Shown here one piece after another: positions 1 to 10,210 of a stretch of 64,000 nucleotides of DNA. This DNA is from Fibrobacteria bacterium (lineage in GTDB: Bacteria > Fibrobacterota > Fibrobacteria > UBA11236). The stretch spans positions 64,001-128,000 of the forward strand of contig JAYTSD010000017.1 of NCBI GenBank assembly GCA_043745805.1. The letters run 5' to 3'. The notes under the pieces are model-generated. The model searched no databases and had not been told where the DNA came from. It saw only the letters and a list, made by a program, of their open reading frames with translations. Positions within the stretch are counted from its first letter, which is position 1; every line of letters begins with the position of its first letter. Made by a program: the position numbers and the translations under genes.

Positions 1-2
1 AC

Positions 3-3000
3 AGTGGCGAAGTATGGGTTAAAGTTCCTGTGATTCATGGAAATAGCAATGCCGATTTTATCACGATGTATTATCAACAAGCTTCAGGCGTTACTGTACC
101 CGATGGACAATGTGCCTCTTGTGTCTTTAGTAGTTATAAAGCAGTATATCATTTAAGCGAAAGTCCTGGCGGTTCGGCACCACAATTTACGGATTTGTCA
201 GGCAATGCCAATCATGGAACGGCACAGGGGGGTGTCTCGGGGGATAAAGTTTCTGCCGATATAGGAACAGGATATCAGCTCAATGGAACTAGTAAATATA
301 TTAGTACAACCACCCAGTTTACAAATATCAATACATTTACCAATGGGCTATGGTTTAAAACGACGTCTACCACAGGAGGTATGTTATTCGGTTGGGACGG
401 TGGTCAGGTTGCTTATTCAGGAAGTCATGATAGACATTTGTGGATGGATAATACAGGTAAATTGAATTTTGGAACTTATAATGGTTCATTTCAAAATATT
501 GCTTCTACGGCTGCCTATAATGATGGCAATTGGCATTATGCCGTAGGTCGCCTCTCTTTAGCGGGTGAATTTCTCTATGTGGATGGCGCTTCGGTTGCTT
601 CTAATACGGCTTATACCATTGGTGAAAATACCAGTGCATACTGGCGTTTTGGATATGGAAATACTGACTGGAGTCCCACGCCCACATCCAAATATATAAA
701 TGGAACGCTAGATGAAATTACGGTTTCACATAATGAGCTGAGTGCTGACTGGATAAAATTGGCTTATCAAAATCAAAGGCGAGATGCAAATTCCTTATTT
801 AATCCCAGCCCAAGCGATTTTCAAAAAACCAAAAAGTTTGTTTTCAATACCACAAAAACAGGTGCCAATATCATGGACAGTGTCACCAACTTTCCTGTGC
901 TGGTAAGATTTACAGATGCGGATGCAGGACTGTTAAGTTTAGTGCAATCGGGTGCGCCCGATATTCGTTTCTTAGATGGGGATGGAAAAACCTGGCTTAA
1001 TTATCAAGTTGAACGATGGAGTACCGCTACGTCACCGGACTCAGCAGAAATCTGGGTGAAGGTTCCGCAAGTCGATGGAAACAGCGATCATGATTTCATC
1101 ACCATGTATTATCAACAGGCCACAGGGGTTACGGTAGCTGATGGGCAATGCGCCTCTTGTGTTTTTGATACCGCCAATGGATATAAAGCTGTTTATCACT
1201 TAGGAGAAGCCGCGAACACAACTGCGGGTGGATATGCCGATGCGACCCTAAACGCCTATAATGGAACCGGTAGTAGTATGAGCAACACTGCTGTTGCAGG
1301 TGTCATTGGTAAAGCCCAAAGTTTAAATGGATCTTCGGATTATATCTCCGCATCAGGAAAAGCCGTTGTATTAGGGGCTGCGGCTCGTACTTTTTCCATT
1401 TGGGCGAATGTTACGGGATTTTCGGGAGTAAATACCAATGATGGAGCATTGTTTCAGGGTGGTAAAACAGGTGCATCCGCTGGGAAAGATTTCACATTTA
1501 GAGTGGCTGGAAATACCGATGATAATTTCCAAATGAATTATTGGACCACCAATGTTCCAGTTACGGTAACTGGTGCAAAAAATAATTGGAAAAATTTTGT
1601 GATGAATTATTCAGGAACGCGTTCCCAGCTTTGGGTAAACGGAGTTTTAACATTGGATACCGCAGTGACTCTGAGTACCGACACCAATACCACAGGCCCG
1701 TCAGCATTTCGCATAGGCTATTGGAGCGGTGGATCGCCGGATTATTTGACCGGTTTAGTCGATGAAATGGTGGTATCTAATGTGTTACGCGATTCCAATT
1801 GGATTAAATTAGCGTATCAAAATCAACGCGCTTCAGGTAATATATTTTGGAATACTCGCACTAGTCCAAATAATAAAGTGACTCTTAGTTCTTCAGTATC
1901 CAGCACAGGAATTAATTTATCCTGGGGATCTTCTGTATCAGATTCTACCAATGCGGATTCAGTTGGCCTTTGGGTGAAGTATACCGCACCTACTACTGCA
2001 TACTCCAAATTAAATTTTCCAGATAGTGCGAATACTGGTTCCTTTGTGGTGCGTTTACCTATTGCAGATACCACTTATAGCTATCCCGATTTTGCTCCGC
2101 AAATGTATTATTTCGCCTTAGCGGTTCGTAACACTTCTGGAGTTTGGAGTCCAATAACCAGTACCTCAAGTGATACGGCTATCATTTATGGAACGGCTAA
2201 ATTAGATACCGTGTATGTAGATTCTGCTGGAAGTAATTCGAATAGTTGTTCTGATGCAAAAGAACCTAGACTTGCCAAAAAAACCTTAACCTCCGCATTA
2301 ACATGTAGCCCTACTAATGACACCCTAGTTATTAAAGTTATGGCGGGACTTTATACCAATGCGGGTGATGCCGACTTGGCACCCACGGGCAGTGCATCCA
2401 AGGCTTATAAAATAATGGCCTTAGATAAAAATTCACGTCCGGTTCTTAATACCAACGGAACTACATATACCACGCAATTGAATAGCCATGTGCATTTGTA
2501 TAATGCGGATATTAAATGTGGAGTTGATGCTAAGCCGGGCGTACTCTTTAAGGCTGCCAATACCGATATGACTTTATATGGTTGTCGTATTTTAAATGCT
2601 TCGTCTAGTGTGCGTAATAGTGTGGGTATAAGCGGCGGTAGTAGTTCCACGGCGAGAATTTTAATTGCCAATAATATTATCGATAGTATGAGCCAAACGG
2701 GTATTCAATTGCCTAATGTAGCAGATGTAAATGTATTTAATAATGTGATATATAATGGTGGGGGAGCCGCCACAGATACTGGAATTACGGTTACCGGGGC
2801 TAATGGTACGGTAAGTAATATTGCTATTAGCAATAATATTATTAACGGAACTTCAGTGGGTACTTATACCGCGGATGCCTCTATCGGACAACTGTCCAAT
2901 AATTTATTTCATCGCGTTCCTACAGGATATGAAAATCGTGGATCACAAACTGATGCTTCCAAAGTGGTTAAAGATCCTTTGTTTGCCTCAACGGCTTGGT

Positions 3001-6000
3001 CTAGTAAATATATGAAGCTCTTACCCAGCTCGCCAGCTATAGATGCGGGAGTGGATACTGTTCCTACTGCCTTTACTTTTACACGCATTCCTTATACGGA
3101 TATTTTTGGAAGCACTCGACCCGTTGGCACTGCACGTGATATAGGTGCTTATGAGGGAACAGGATATGTTCCAGGATTAACCGGTGATTTTGATAGCTTA
3201 ACCACAACTTCTACGGCTACTACCATTACGGTATACAATAACAAATGGAAAATTGTATTTGACAAAGCCAAAGGGGGAGGCATTAGTGAATTTTATGATC
3301 AAACCGCGCCATCGACCAATTTAATGGGTTCCTCAGCGGTTACCTTATTTGATGCGAAAATTGATAGCTACACTGCTTCTTCGCAAACAACCTTGGCAAG
3401 CGCTCCATCTTACCTTATTCAATCACGGGCGCATATGGGTGTGAAACAAGTTTTAAGCGTTTCCGCTAATTTAGTGTTAAATATTTACTATCATATTTAT
3501 CCTTCGGGACATATTTATGTGACCAGTGAAATGATTAATCAAGCGTCTAGCAACACAGCCATTGGAACAGTTGACTATAATTTGCAGGTTGGTACGGCAG
3601 TTACTGCTTTCCATAGTGGTGGTACAAAAAATGGTTATGGCTATTTAACCACCGCAACGCGTGATGCTTATTTAGGGATATTGCAGGACCTCGATGCTGG
3701 AGCAACTTCGGCTGATACCTGGACCGGAACGCCAACTTTAGGTTCGAATAAATTAGTTTATGCGACCACAAATCTGGAAGACTTAACAGGCTACAATACA
3801 CGTCAACAACATTTTCTTTTATACATAGGCGATGGGGCCATAGACGGTACCAAGGCGGCAACCTTAAATGATGATAATTATACTCCCTCACCTGTTACGG
3901 TATCCGAAGGGTCACTTTTACATTTACGCTCTTGGCAAGATGAATTGGTGGGCCATTGGACTTTTGATGACGGCGCCGGAACAGTAGCTAACGACAAATC
4001 GGTGGTGGGGACTAATCATGGAACTATAACCAGTGGAACTTTTGTGGCGGGTAAATGGGCCAGTGCTTTGCGAATGACCACCTCTTCCGTAGTGACCGTG
4101 CCCACTGCGGCATCTTTAGATGCCGGCTTAGGTAAAACTTATATGTTCTGGGTCAAGCCTGATTTTGCAGCCATGGGCGCAACCGCTCGGTATATTAGTA
4201 AAGGGATTACCACAGGTTCTGGTTGGTATGCGCAAAGACCTTCGGGTTTAAGTCAATTGACATTTTATATTGGTGGAACATCGGGTACCGTAACACTTAC
4301 GGGTAGTACATGGAATCACTTAGCTGCTGTTGTTTCTTCTACTGGTGTATTGTCGCTTTATGTAAATGGAGTACTTAAAACATCGGCCACGGGAATTGTT
4401 GCTCCGGTTACGAATAGTACAAGTTTATTATTTGGTTCCGGTGGGGCAGATGCCAATAGCTTTGCGGGAGATTTAGATGATATTCGCATTTATACAGGTA
4501 ATACCGCGGTTATGGGAGAATCAGATATTCAAGCCATTTATAATCAAGGATTTAGTAGTAAATTAGGTCAATATCATTTGCGCAGCAATAATAATAATCG
4601 CATTGTCGCTGTATTAAATGAAGCCAAGGCGCAAACTCGTTTTCAACCCAAGTTTGTAATTGATAATTGGTACGGCCCGCAAACTCCCGTTTATGTTTAT
4701 GTGGATGGAGTAAGACAAAAACCTATTACCGATTTTATAAGTGCCACTGTGAATGATAACTTGGGTGGCTATCACTTAGAAATGCAATTCAATAAAAATT
4801 GGACTAATCAAAATGTGGATTTATTTATTGATGATAATGATTCAACGGGATATTTAGGCACTAGTGCAAAAATGAAATCCTTAACTATGAGTTTTGATGC
4901 CTCCACACGGAATTTTAAAATACGTAACACTAGTGATACGGTATTTGGGGTGTATGGATCTAATCAATGGGAATTAATCCTCCATTTGTCAGGTAGCAAT
5001 GCAACGAGCGATGGGGATGGGGGACTTTCCTCATGGAAAACTTCGGAAACCAGTCCAAGCACCTTAATTGACAGTGCGACTGATTTAACCGGTACCGCGC
5101 AATATACTTTGGACATGATGCAATACGATGGGGCAGGCCATTATACCTCGGGTACGGATTTTACTCCTACCTCTGCAACCAATATCAACTATACTATCCT
5201 CGATAGCTCCTCTACACGTTTGCGTATAAAAGATTCCGTTACCCTTAATGGAAGCACTCCTAATTTAACCCTGGTGCGCGTGTTTACCATATATCCTACG
5301 GGAAGAATTTTTGTTTCTCAGAAATGGACGGCCTTATCCGCCAATGCCACATCCCCTGTGCAATTAGTTTTGCAAGGGATGACTAATATGAGTACCACCA
5401 GTGATCCCTGGGCTACCGCCACCTCACAAACCAATGGCCGTTCTGGCAAAATTGGGGGTAACATTGCTACCGATTTCCATTCTTTTGGGGTAAGTATGTT
5501 AAGTGTGAAGCCTGGTGCTGCTTCGGTAGTTATGGGAGCCTCAGCGATCAATGGAAATGCAATATCCTCTTCGCAAGTACGTTTAAATGTTAATAGCACA
5601 TACTTCACAACGGCTAATGTGGCGGGTAATGGTGTAATCACAAATTATATGGTGGATATTGGTAAAGATTATGCGGATTCTGCTACTTTAGATACCGTTT
5701 TAGCAGATGTACAAACGCCTTCGGCTATCACGGCTATAACCGGTTCAACCAATACAGCCGATACTACCGATTATGATTTTAATAATGATGGCTATTCCGA
5801 AGGCGAAGGCGCCTATATGTACAACGCATCCAGCGGTGTGGCCCAATTTCAATTTGCTGCTACAAAGCCACAAGTAAATCCTACTTTCCGAATTCGTTCT
5901 TGGACTTTGGGAACTTTACCTGAATTTGTAATAATCAATAATCAATTACAAGTTTATGGTTATGATTACAATGCTTATTTGAATACTGCTTCAACTGAAG

Positions 6001-6806
6001 TGATTTTACAATTCAATAAAACCTTAAGTGGTACCAAAAACATTTATATCAGTCATAAATTGGGTTTGGCAGTTACCCTAACGAATTTCCATGCTGTCAG
6101 TGGACAAGGTGAAGACACCTTAATGTGGACTACCGAAAGTGAACATGATAATTTAGGCTATTACATTTATCGTCGCGTTTCGCCGGATTCCATTTTGGCG
6201 GAGCAAATTGAACAAGTACAAAAATCCATGTCTCCTTTGGCTTTAGCGAGTCAAGCGAAAATGGCTCAAAGCGACAGTGTTAAAACTCTATTTGTGGGCG
6301 CTAATTATTCTGCGGATTCTTTGAAAGCCATGGGTTACTTGCGTATTACCCCACAAATTATTGCCGGTCCATCCGGTGGTAATTCGGTGACTACTTTAAA
6401 ATATGCTTTTGTAGATAAGACCGTACCTTATGAACAATGGCAAGATTATTTATTGGAAACAGTGGATATAAATGGCGTTCGAGAACAATTTGGACCGGTG
6501 CGCGCAAAACCACAAAACCCCTTAGAGACGGCTCTCTATGGAAATTACCCTAATCCGTTTAATCCCATTACAATTATTCGCTTTTCCTTAAAAGAAAAAT
6601 TAAAAATCTCTTTGATTATTTATGATGCGAATGGTCGCACGGTGAGAGAATTAATAAAAACGGATAAACCATTAAATCCAGGCAAGTATCGTTTGGTTTG
6701 GGATGCCCGTGATGAGTTTGGTAATGAACTCCCTTCAGGCCAATACTTCTATCGATTTGTGGCTCCGAAATACAAAAAAACCATGAAAATGCTTTATATA
6801 AAATAA
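3..6806 (+). CDS. Giant secreted/surface protein, 5'-truncated: tandem DUF2341+LamG modules, right-handed beta-helix, further LamG, C-terminal FlgD-Ig/T9SS-like sorting domain
   Basis: Frame is open from base 3 (SGEVWVKVPVIHGN..., matching the internal repeat SAEIWVKVPQVDGN...), so the true start is upstream of the window. DIRF..DG..L.Y.VE.W is DUF2341-like; NDGNWHY, LYVDG and G.LDE are LamG-like; NNII/NNVI repeats plus SPAIDAG...DIGAYE; C-terminal NYPNPFNP...IYDANGR...WDARDEFG...SGQYFY. Confidence 0.85.
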   Translation, partial: SGEVWVKVPVIHGNSNADFITMYYQQASGVTVPDGQCASCVFSSYKAVYHLSESPGGSAPQFTDLSGNANHGTAQGGVSGDKVSADIGTGYQLNGTSKYISTTTQFTNINTFTNGLWFKTTSTTGGMLFGWDGGQVAYSGSHDRHLWMDNTGKLNFGTYNGSFQNIASTAAYNDGNWHYAVGRLSLAGEFLYVDGASVASNTAYTIGENTSAYWRFGYGNTDWSPTPTSKYINGTLDEITVSHNELSADWIKLAYQNQRRDANSLFNPSPSDFQKTKKFVFNTTKTGANIMDSVTNFPVLVRFTDADAGLLSLVQSGAPDIRFLDGDGKTWLNYQVERWSTATSPDSAEIWVKVPQVDGNSDHDFITMYYQQATGVTVADGQCASCVFDTANGYKAVYHLGEAANTTAGGYADATLNAYNGTGSSMSNTAVAGVIGKAQSLNGSSDYISASGKAVVLGAAARTFSIWANVTGFSGVNTNDGALFQGGKTGASAGKDFTFRVAGNTDDNFQMNYWTTNVPVTVTGAKNNWKNFVMNYSGTRSQLWVNGVLTLDTAVTLSTDTNTTGPSAFRIGYWSGGSPDYLTGLVDEMVVSNVLRDSNWIKLAYQNQRASGNIFWNTRTSPNNKVTLSSSVSSTGINLSWGSSVSDSTNADSVGLWVKYTAPTTAYSKLNFPDSANTGSFVVRLPIADTTYSYPDFAPQMYYFALAVRNTSGVWSPITSTSSDTAIIYGTAKLDTVYVDSAGSNSNSCSDAKEPRLAKKTLTSALTCSPTNDTLVIKVMAGLYTNAGDADLAPTGSASKAYKIMALDKNSRPVLNTNGTTYTTQLNSHVHLYNADIKCGVDAKPGVLFKAANTDMTLYGCRILNASSSVRNSVGISGGSSSTARILIANNIIDSMSQTGIQLPNVADVNVFNNVIYNGGGAATDTGITVTGANGTVSNIAISNNIINGTSVGTYTADASIGQLSNNLFHRVPTGYENRGSQTDASKVVKDPLFASTAWSSKYMKLLPSSPAIDAGVDTVPTAFTFTRIPYTDIFGSTRPVGTARDIGAYEGTGYVPGLTGDFDSLTTTSTATTITVYNNKWKIVFDKAKGGGISEFYDQTAPSTNLMGSSAVTLFDAKIDSYTASSQTTLASAPSYLIQSRAHMGVKQVLSVSANLVLNIYYHIYPSGHIYVTSEMINQASSNTAIGTVDYNLQVGTAVTAFHSGGTKNGYGYLTTATRDAYLGILQDLDAGATSADTWTGTPTLGSNKLVYATTNLEDLTGYNTRQQHFLLYIGDGAIDGTKAATLNDDNYTPSPVTVSEGSLLHLRSWQDELVGHWTFDDGAGTVANDKSVVGTNHGTITSGTFVAGKWASALRMTTSSVVTVPTAASLDAGLGKTYMFWVKPDFAAMGATARYISKGITTGSGWYAQRPSGLSQLTFYIGGTSGTVTLTGSTWNHLAAVVSSTGVLSLYVNGVLKTSATGIVAPVTNSTSLLFGSGGADANSFAGDLDDIRIYTGNTAVMGESDIQAIYNQGFSSKLGQYHLRSNNNNRIVAVLNEAKAQTRFQPKFVIDNWYGPQTPVYVYVDGVRQKPITDFISATVNDNLGGYHLEMQFNKNWTNQNVDLFIDDNDSTGYLGTSAKMKSLTMSFDASTRNFKIRNTSDTVFGVYGSNQWELILHLSGSNATSDGDGGLSSWKTSETSPSTLIDSATDLTGTAQYTLDMMQYDGAGHYTSGTDFTPTSATNINYTILDSSSTRLRIKDSVTLNGSTPNLTLVRVFTIYPTGRIFVSQKWTALSANATSPVQLVLQGMTNMSTTSDPWATATSQTNGRSGKIGGNIATDFHSFGVSMLSVKPGAASVVMGASAINGNAISSSQVRLNVNSTYFTTANVAGNGVITNYMVDIGKDYADSATLDTVLADVQTPSAITAITGSTNTADTTDYDFNNDGYSEGEGAYMYNASSGVAQFQFAATKPQVNPTFRIRSWTLGTLPEFVIINNQLQVYGYDYNAYLNTASTEVILQFNKTLSGTKNIYISHKLGLAVTLTNFHAVSGQGEDTLMWTTESEHDNLGYYIYRRVSPDSILAEQIEQVQKSMSPLALASQAKMAQSDSVKTLFVGANYSADSLKAMGYLRITPQIIAGPSGGNSVTTLKYAFVDKTVPYEQWQDYLLETVDINGVREQFGPVRAKPQNPLETALYGNYPNPFNPITIIRFSLKEKLKISLIIYDANGRTVRELIKTDKPLNPGKYRLVWDARDEFGNELPSGQYFYRFVAPKYKKTMKMLYIK

Positions 6807-6967
6807 AACCCCAGAGTTGCCTTTTTTGGTACACTTGTAAATATAAAGCTATTGCATAAAATTCAAAAGATTGGAACCCTTATTCCCATTTGGAGCATTA
6901 TTAACAACAAATTTGTGCGCAAGTGCCTTATATTTACTGGGGGAATAAATAAAGTTTAGGGGACAAT

Positions 6968-9025
6968 ATGCAAATTCAGCGAGTTTTAATTTTCATGGCA
7001 TTATTGTCCCATGCGATTTTTGCACAACAAGTTTGTGATTTGACTTTTACCGATTGTCCAAAAACTTTTAATGGAAAAACCTTGGTGGTGGGCAATGATA
7101 TTAAATCCATTGCTGCGAAAATAAGATATTGTACGGAAGGTCAAGTGGTTTCAGGTGGAACAAGTGAGCCAGTTTCCATTGTTTTTATAATTGATAATTC
7201 AGGAAGTATGCGCGGCGGAGATGGCAATGATCCATCAAATGCTCGATTTAATGTTGTTCCTGAATTGATTGATACGCTTTATAAAATTTCACCAGATGTC
7301 GAAGTCGGATTGGTTGTATTTACCAGACGTCTTTTATTTGATGATAGAGTAAATCCTTATTTTAAATCACTATTTAATGATGGTGTTCAACATGACGGTT
7401 ATGTCCCGCTCACTGCACTGAACAAATCATTTGGCAATGGCAAATTAGGTGTAGATACATTAAAAGCATTTTTAAAAATCAATCCCAATGTTGATCTTGT
7501 AAATGGCTTAAATGAGTCCAATAGATATGCATTTACAAATGGACGTAGAACAAATGCGAATGCGAATGACAGTACTAATATTAAAGACGGTACAGATATA
7601 AACCTTGGTTTTGAGGCCGCGAGAGCCGCTATGGCAAGTTCAAAATTTACGGATAAAAATAAACATTTTTTTATTTTCCTATCCGATGGCGAACCTTCTG
7701 GAGTAGATAAAGGCCGACCAGCACAAGATTTGTTTAGATATGGAAGAAATGTACCCACTACTTTCACCATATTTTTTAATAAAGATCCTAAAGCACCTGC
7801 CCCTGGATTAATTACGGAGATGACGGATAGCATTAAAATTAATCACTACTCAACCATCAGCAATCCTAAAAGCAAAGTGACCACTAGTGCTAATCCTAAA
7901 AATGAACTAAAACAAATTCTTTTTCAAAATGTATTCTCTAACATCATTGTAAACAGCAAAGCCAATCAATTTACGCTCAATGATCGCGTATCAACCACTT
8001 CCGACGGTACAGATTTTACCTTTAGCAAGCGCTATCCGTTAAATGCCGACAAAACCGATGTCAAAATGCAAATCAGTTATAACTATAGCGATAATAATGT
8101 GGTTAAGTCAAAAACTGATACCATTAACTTTACCGTGCAGCGCAGTGCCACAGCCACTTTGGCACCAGGATTGGATGCAGTTTGTCATGCTCCCGCCACG
8201 GTAGCGCTTTATTCCAATGGCCAACCCATTACCACGGTTTTGGATGAACAAAAAACTTTGGAAGCGCGTGTTACCTTGCCTACTGGGGAAACTTGCATAG
8301 GTTGCTTTACCACCTTAAGTTCAAGCAATGGAACCGACATTGAAAAATTAAATTTGGCAGCGAACAAAACAATTCTTTCCGGAAACTTTAATCGTTCTAT
8401 TAATTCAAATCCTTCTAAAAATGGTGCGTTAGAGCATGCCGAAACAGATAATATTATTTTAGTTTATCACAATGCCGACGTCCCTTTGGATACGATACGC
8501 GTAAGTTACCCTTTTAAATTTATCCCTCTGATTCCAGGCGATTTAGTAGTGTCAAACCATAATACGGTAGCTAAACCTCAAATCAGTGAAATGTCAAATG
8601 ATTCCCATCAATGGACATTAGTGGGGCCATCTAATTTGCAAGTTGAAAGTAGTGATGCTACTAAGTGCTGTAAAATAATTGATGCCGAGCATGCCAAAAC
8701 AGAATTCTCTTCTTATGTCGGTTTTGTTTTGCAGGCTTCTCGTGCTTTTTCCGTGGATGTAAAAGTCTTCGATCATTTGGGATTGTATATCAATAAATTG
8801 CATTTAAAAGTTTCACAAAATGAATTTGATAAATTGCCTAAAGGCTCAACAAAGGGCACGAGCACTCTAAGTTTATTATGGAATAGTCGCACTGAGGACG
8901 GTGGCTTTGTGGGAACCGGCGTGTATATTTTTAAAACACAGATGCATTTAGAGCCTTTAGCAGGGGCGAAAGATGCGGATAGTAGCTTTGTGCGCACTTA
9001 TGGAGTACTTCGAGCTAGCTATTAA
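6968..9025 (+). CDS. Secreted VWA-domain protein with FlgD-Ig-like C-terminal domain
   Basis: Signal peptide (...HAIFA-QQ); MIDAS motif DNSGSM, GT and FLSDGEP; C-terminal VFDHLG...WNSRTEDGGFVGTGVYI; GGGGA SD. Confidence 0.8.
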   Translation: MQIQRVLIFMALLSHAIFAQQVCDLTFTDCPKTFNGKTLVVGNDIKSIAAKIRYCTEGQVVSGGTSEPVSIVFIIDNSGSMRGGDGNDPSNARFNVVPELIDTLYKISPDVEVGLVVFTRRLLFDDRVNPYFKSLFNDGVQHDGYVPLTALNKSFGNGKLGVDTLKAFLKINPNVDLVNGLNESNRYAFTNGRRTNANANDSTNIKDGTDINLGFEAARAAMASSKFTDKNKHFFIFLSDGEPSGVDKGRPAQDLFRYGRNVPTTFTIFFNKDPKAPAPGLITEMTDSIKINHYSTISNPKSKVTTSANPKNELKQILFQNVFSNIIVNSKANQFTLNDRVSTTSDGTDFTFSKRYPLNADKTDVKMQISYNYSDNNVVKSKTDTINFTVQRSATATLAPGLDAVCHAPATVALYSNGQPITTVLDEQKTLEARVTLPTGETCIGCFTTLSSSNGTDIEKLNLAANKTILSGNFNRSINSNPSKNGALEHAETDNIILVYHNADVPLDTIRVSYPFKFIPLIPGDLVVSNHNTVAKPQISEMSNDSHQWTLVGPSNLQVESSDATKCCKIIDAEHAKTEFSSYVGFVLQASRAFSVDVKVFDHLGLYINKLHLKVSQNEFDKLPKGSTKGTSTLSLLWNSRTEDGGFVGTGVYIFKTQMHLEPLAGAKDADSSFVRTYGVLRASY

Positions 9026-9057
9026 TTTTTAAGAATTTTCAGCATTTATTTTTTACC

Positions 9058-9089
9058 TTTTCTCCGTGGTTTATTAACCAAGGAGAAAA
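9058..9089 (+). promoter_or_regulatory. Hairpin occluding the gcvT Shine-Dalgarno sequence
   Basis: TTTTCTCCGTGGTT-TATT-AACCAAGGAGAAAA pairs 13 of 14 bp; the right arm contains AGGAGA just upstream of ATG 9091. Confidence 0.5.
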
Positions 9090-9090
9090 C

Positions 9091-10209
9091 ATGTCGATTG
9101 ATGTGTCTGCTATTGAGTCACTCGAAAAAAAGACGCCGCTATTTGCGGAACATGTAGCCTTAGGTGGCAAAATGGTTCCTTTTGCTGGTTTTTCTATGCC
9201 CGTACAATATTCCGGAATACGAGTTGAACATGATGCAGTGCGACAAAAACTAGGTCTATTTGATGTTTCACATATGGGCAATATTTTTGTGCAAGGCAAG
9301 GCCGCATTATCTTTTTTACAAATGTTAACTGTAAATAATGTGGAAAAATTGCTCCCCTTTAATGTGCAATATTCTGCTTTTTGTTACTCCAATGGCACCG
9401 TACTCGACGATATTTTAGTCTATAACTTAGGCAATAATACCTATCATATTGTGGTCAATGCTTCGAATATCAGTAAGGCTTGGGCTTGGTTAAACGAGCA
9501 TTTACTTCCTGAAGTATCTTTGCATAATGCCAGTGAAGAGCTGGGTATTTTGTCTTTACAAGGCCCCTTTTCGGAACAAGTGGCACAAAAAATTTGCGCA
9601 TTGAATTTATCGGATGTGAAATATTATTCGGCTTTTAGAACCGAAGTGAATGGTGTGAATATGTTGGTAAGTCGCACGGGATATACCGGAGAAGACGGCT
9701 TTGAATTTTTTCCTGAGAATGTTGACGCACGAAATTTATGGAAAAAATTAATCGAGCTAGGTTCCGAATATGGTATACTGCCCATAGGACTGGGAGCGAG
9801 AGATACCTTGCGATTAGAAGCGGGATATTCTTTATATGGCCATGAACTTTCGGATCAAACGAATTTATTAGAGGCCGGCTTAAGTTGGATTACGGATTTA
9901 AATAAATCTGATTTTATCGGCAAAGCAAGCTTAGTGCAAAAAAAAGCAAGTGGCTTGCAACAGAAAATTGTGGGCTTAGAATTATTAGAAAAAGGCATTC
10001 CTCGTGAGGGTTGCGATGTAGAATATCAAGGCGTGAAGGTCGGGCAATTAACCAGTGGTACAATGTCACCTACGCTTATAAAGGGAATTGGCCTAGCTTA
10101 TCTTCAATCCAATTTAACCGTAATAGGTCAAGAGGTGAATGTGGTGATTCGTGAACAAAGAAAAAAAGCAAAAGTTGTAAGTCGTTATTTTTATAGAAGG
10201 AAGAAGTGA
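9091..10209 (+). CDS. gcvT: Glycine cleavage system aminomethyltransferase T
   Basis: KTPL...GGKMVPFAGFSMPVQY, GLFDVSHMG, SRTGYTGEDGFE, GLGARDTLRLEAG. Confidence 0.97.
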   Translation: MSIDVSAIESLEKKTPLFAEHVALGGKMVPFAGFSMPVQYSGIRVEHDAVRQKLGLFDVSHMGNIFVQGKAALSFLQMLTVNNVEKLLPFNVQYSAFCYSNGTVLDDILVYNLGNNTYHIVVNASNISKAWAWLNEHLLPEVSLHNASEELGILSLQGPFSEQVAQKICALNLSDVKYYSAFRTEVNGVNMLVSRTGYTGEDGFEFFPENVDARNLWKKLIELGSEYGILPIGLGARDTLRLEAGYSLYGHELSDQTNLLEAGLSWITDLNKSDFIGKASLVQKKASGLQQKIVGLELLEKGIPREGCDVEYQGVKVGQLTSGTMSPTLIKGIGLAYLQSNLTVIGQEVNVVIREQRKKAKVVSRYFYRRKK

Positions 10210-10210
10210 A

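Noticed and set aside
9026-9090. Glycine riboswitch upstream of gcvT
   Set aside because: The spacer is only 65 nt and lacks the aptamer architecture (no GCCGAAG or CTCTCAGG-type elements)
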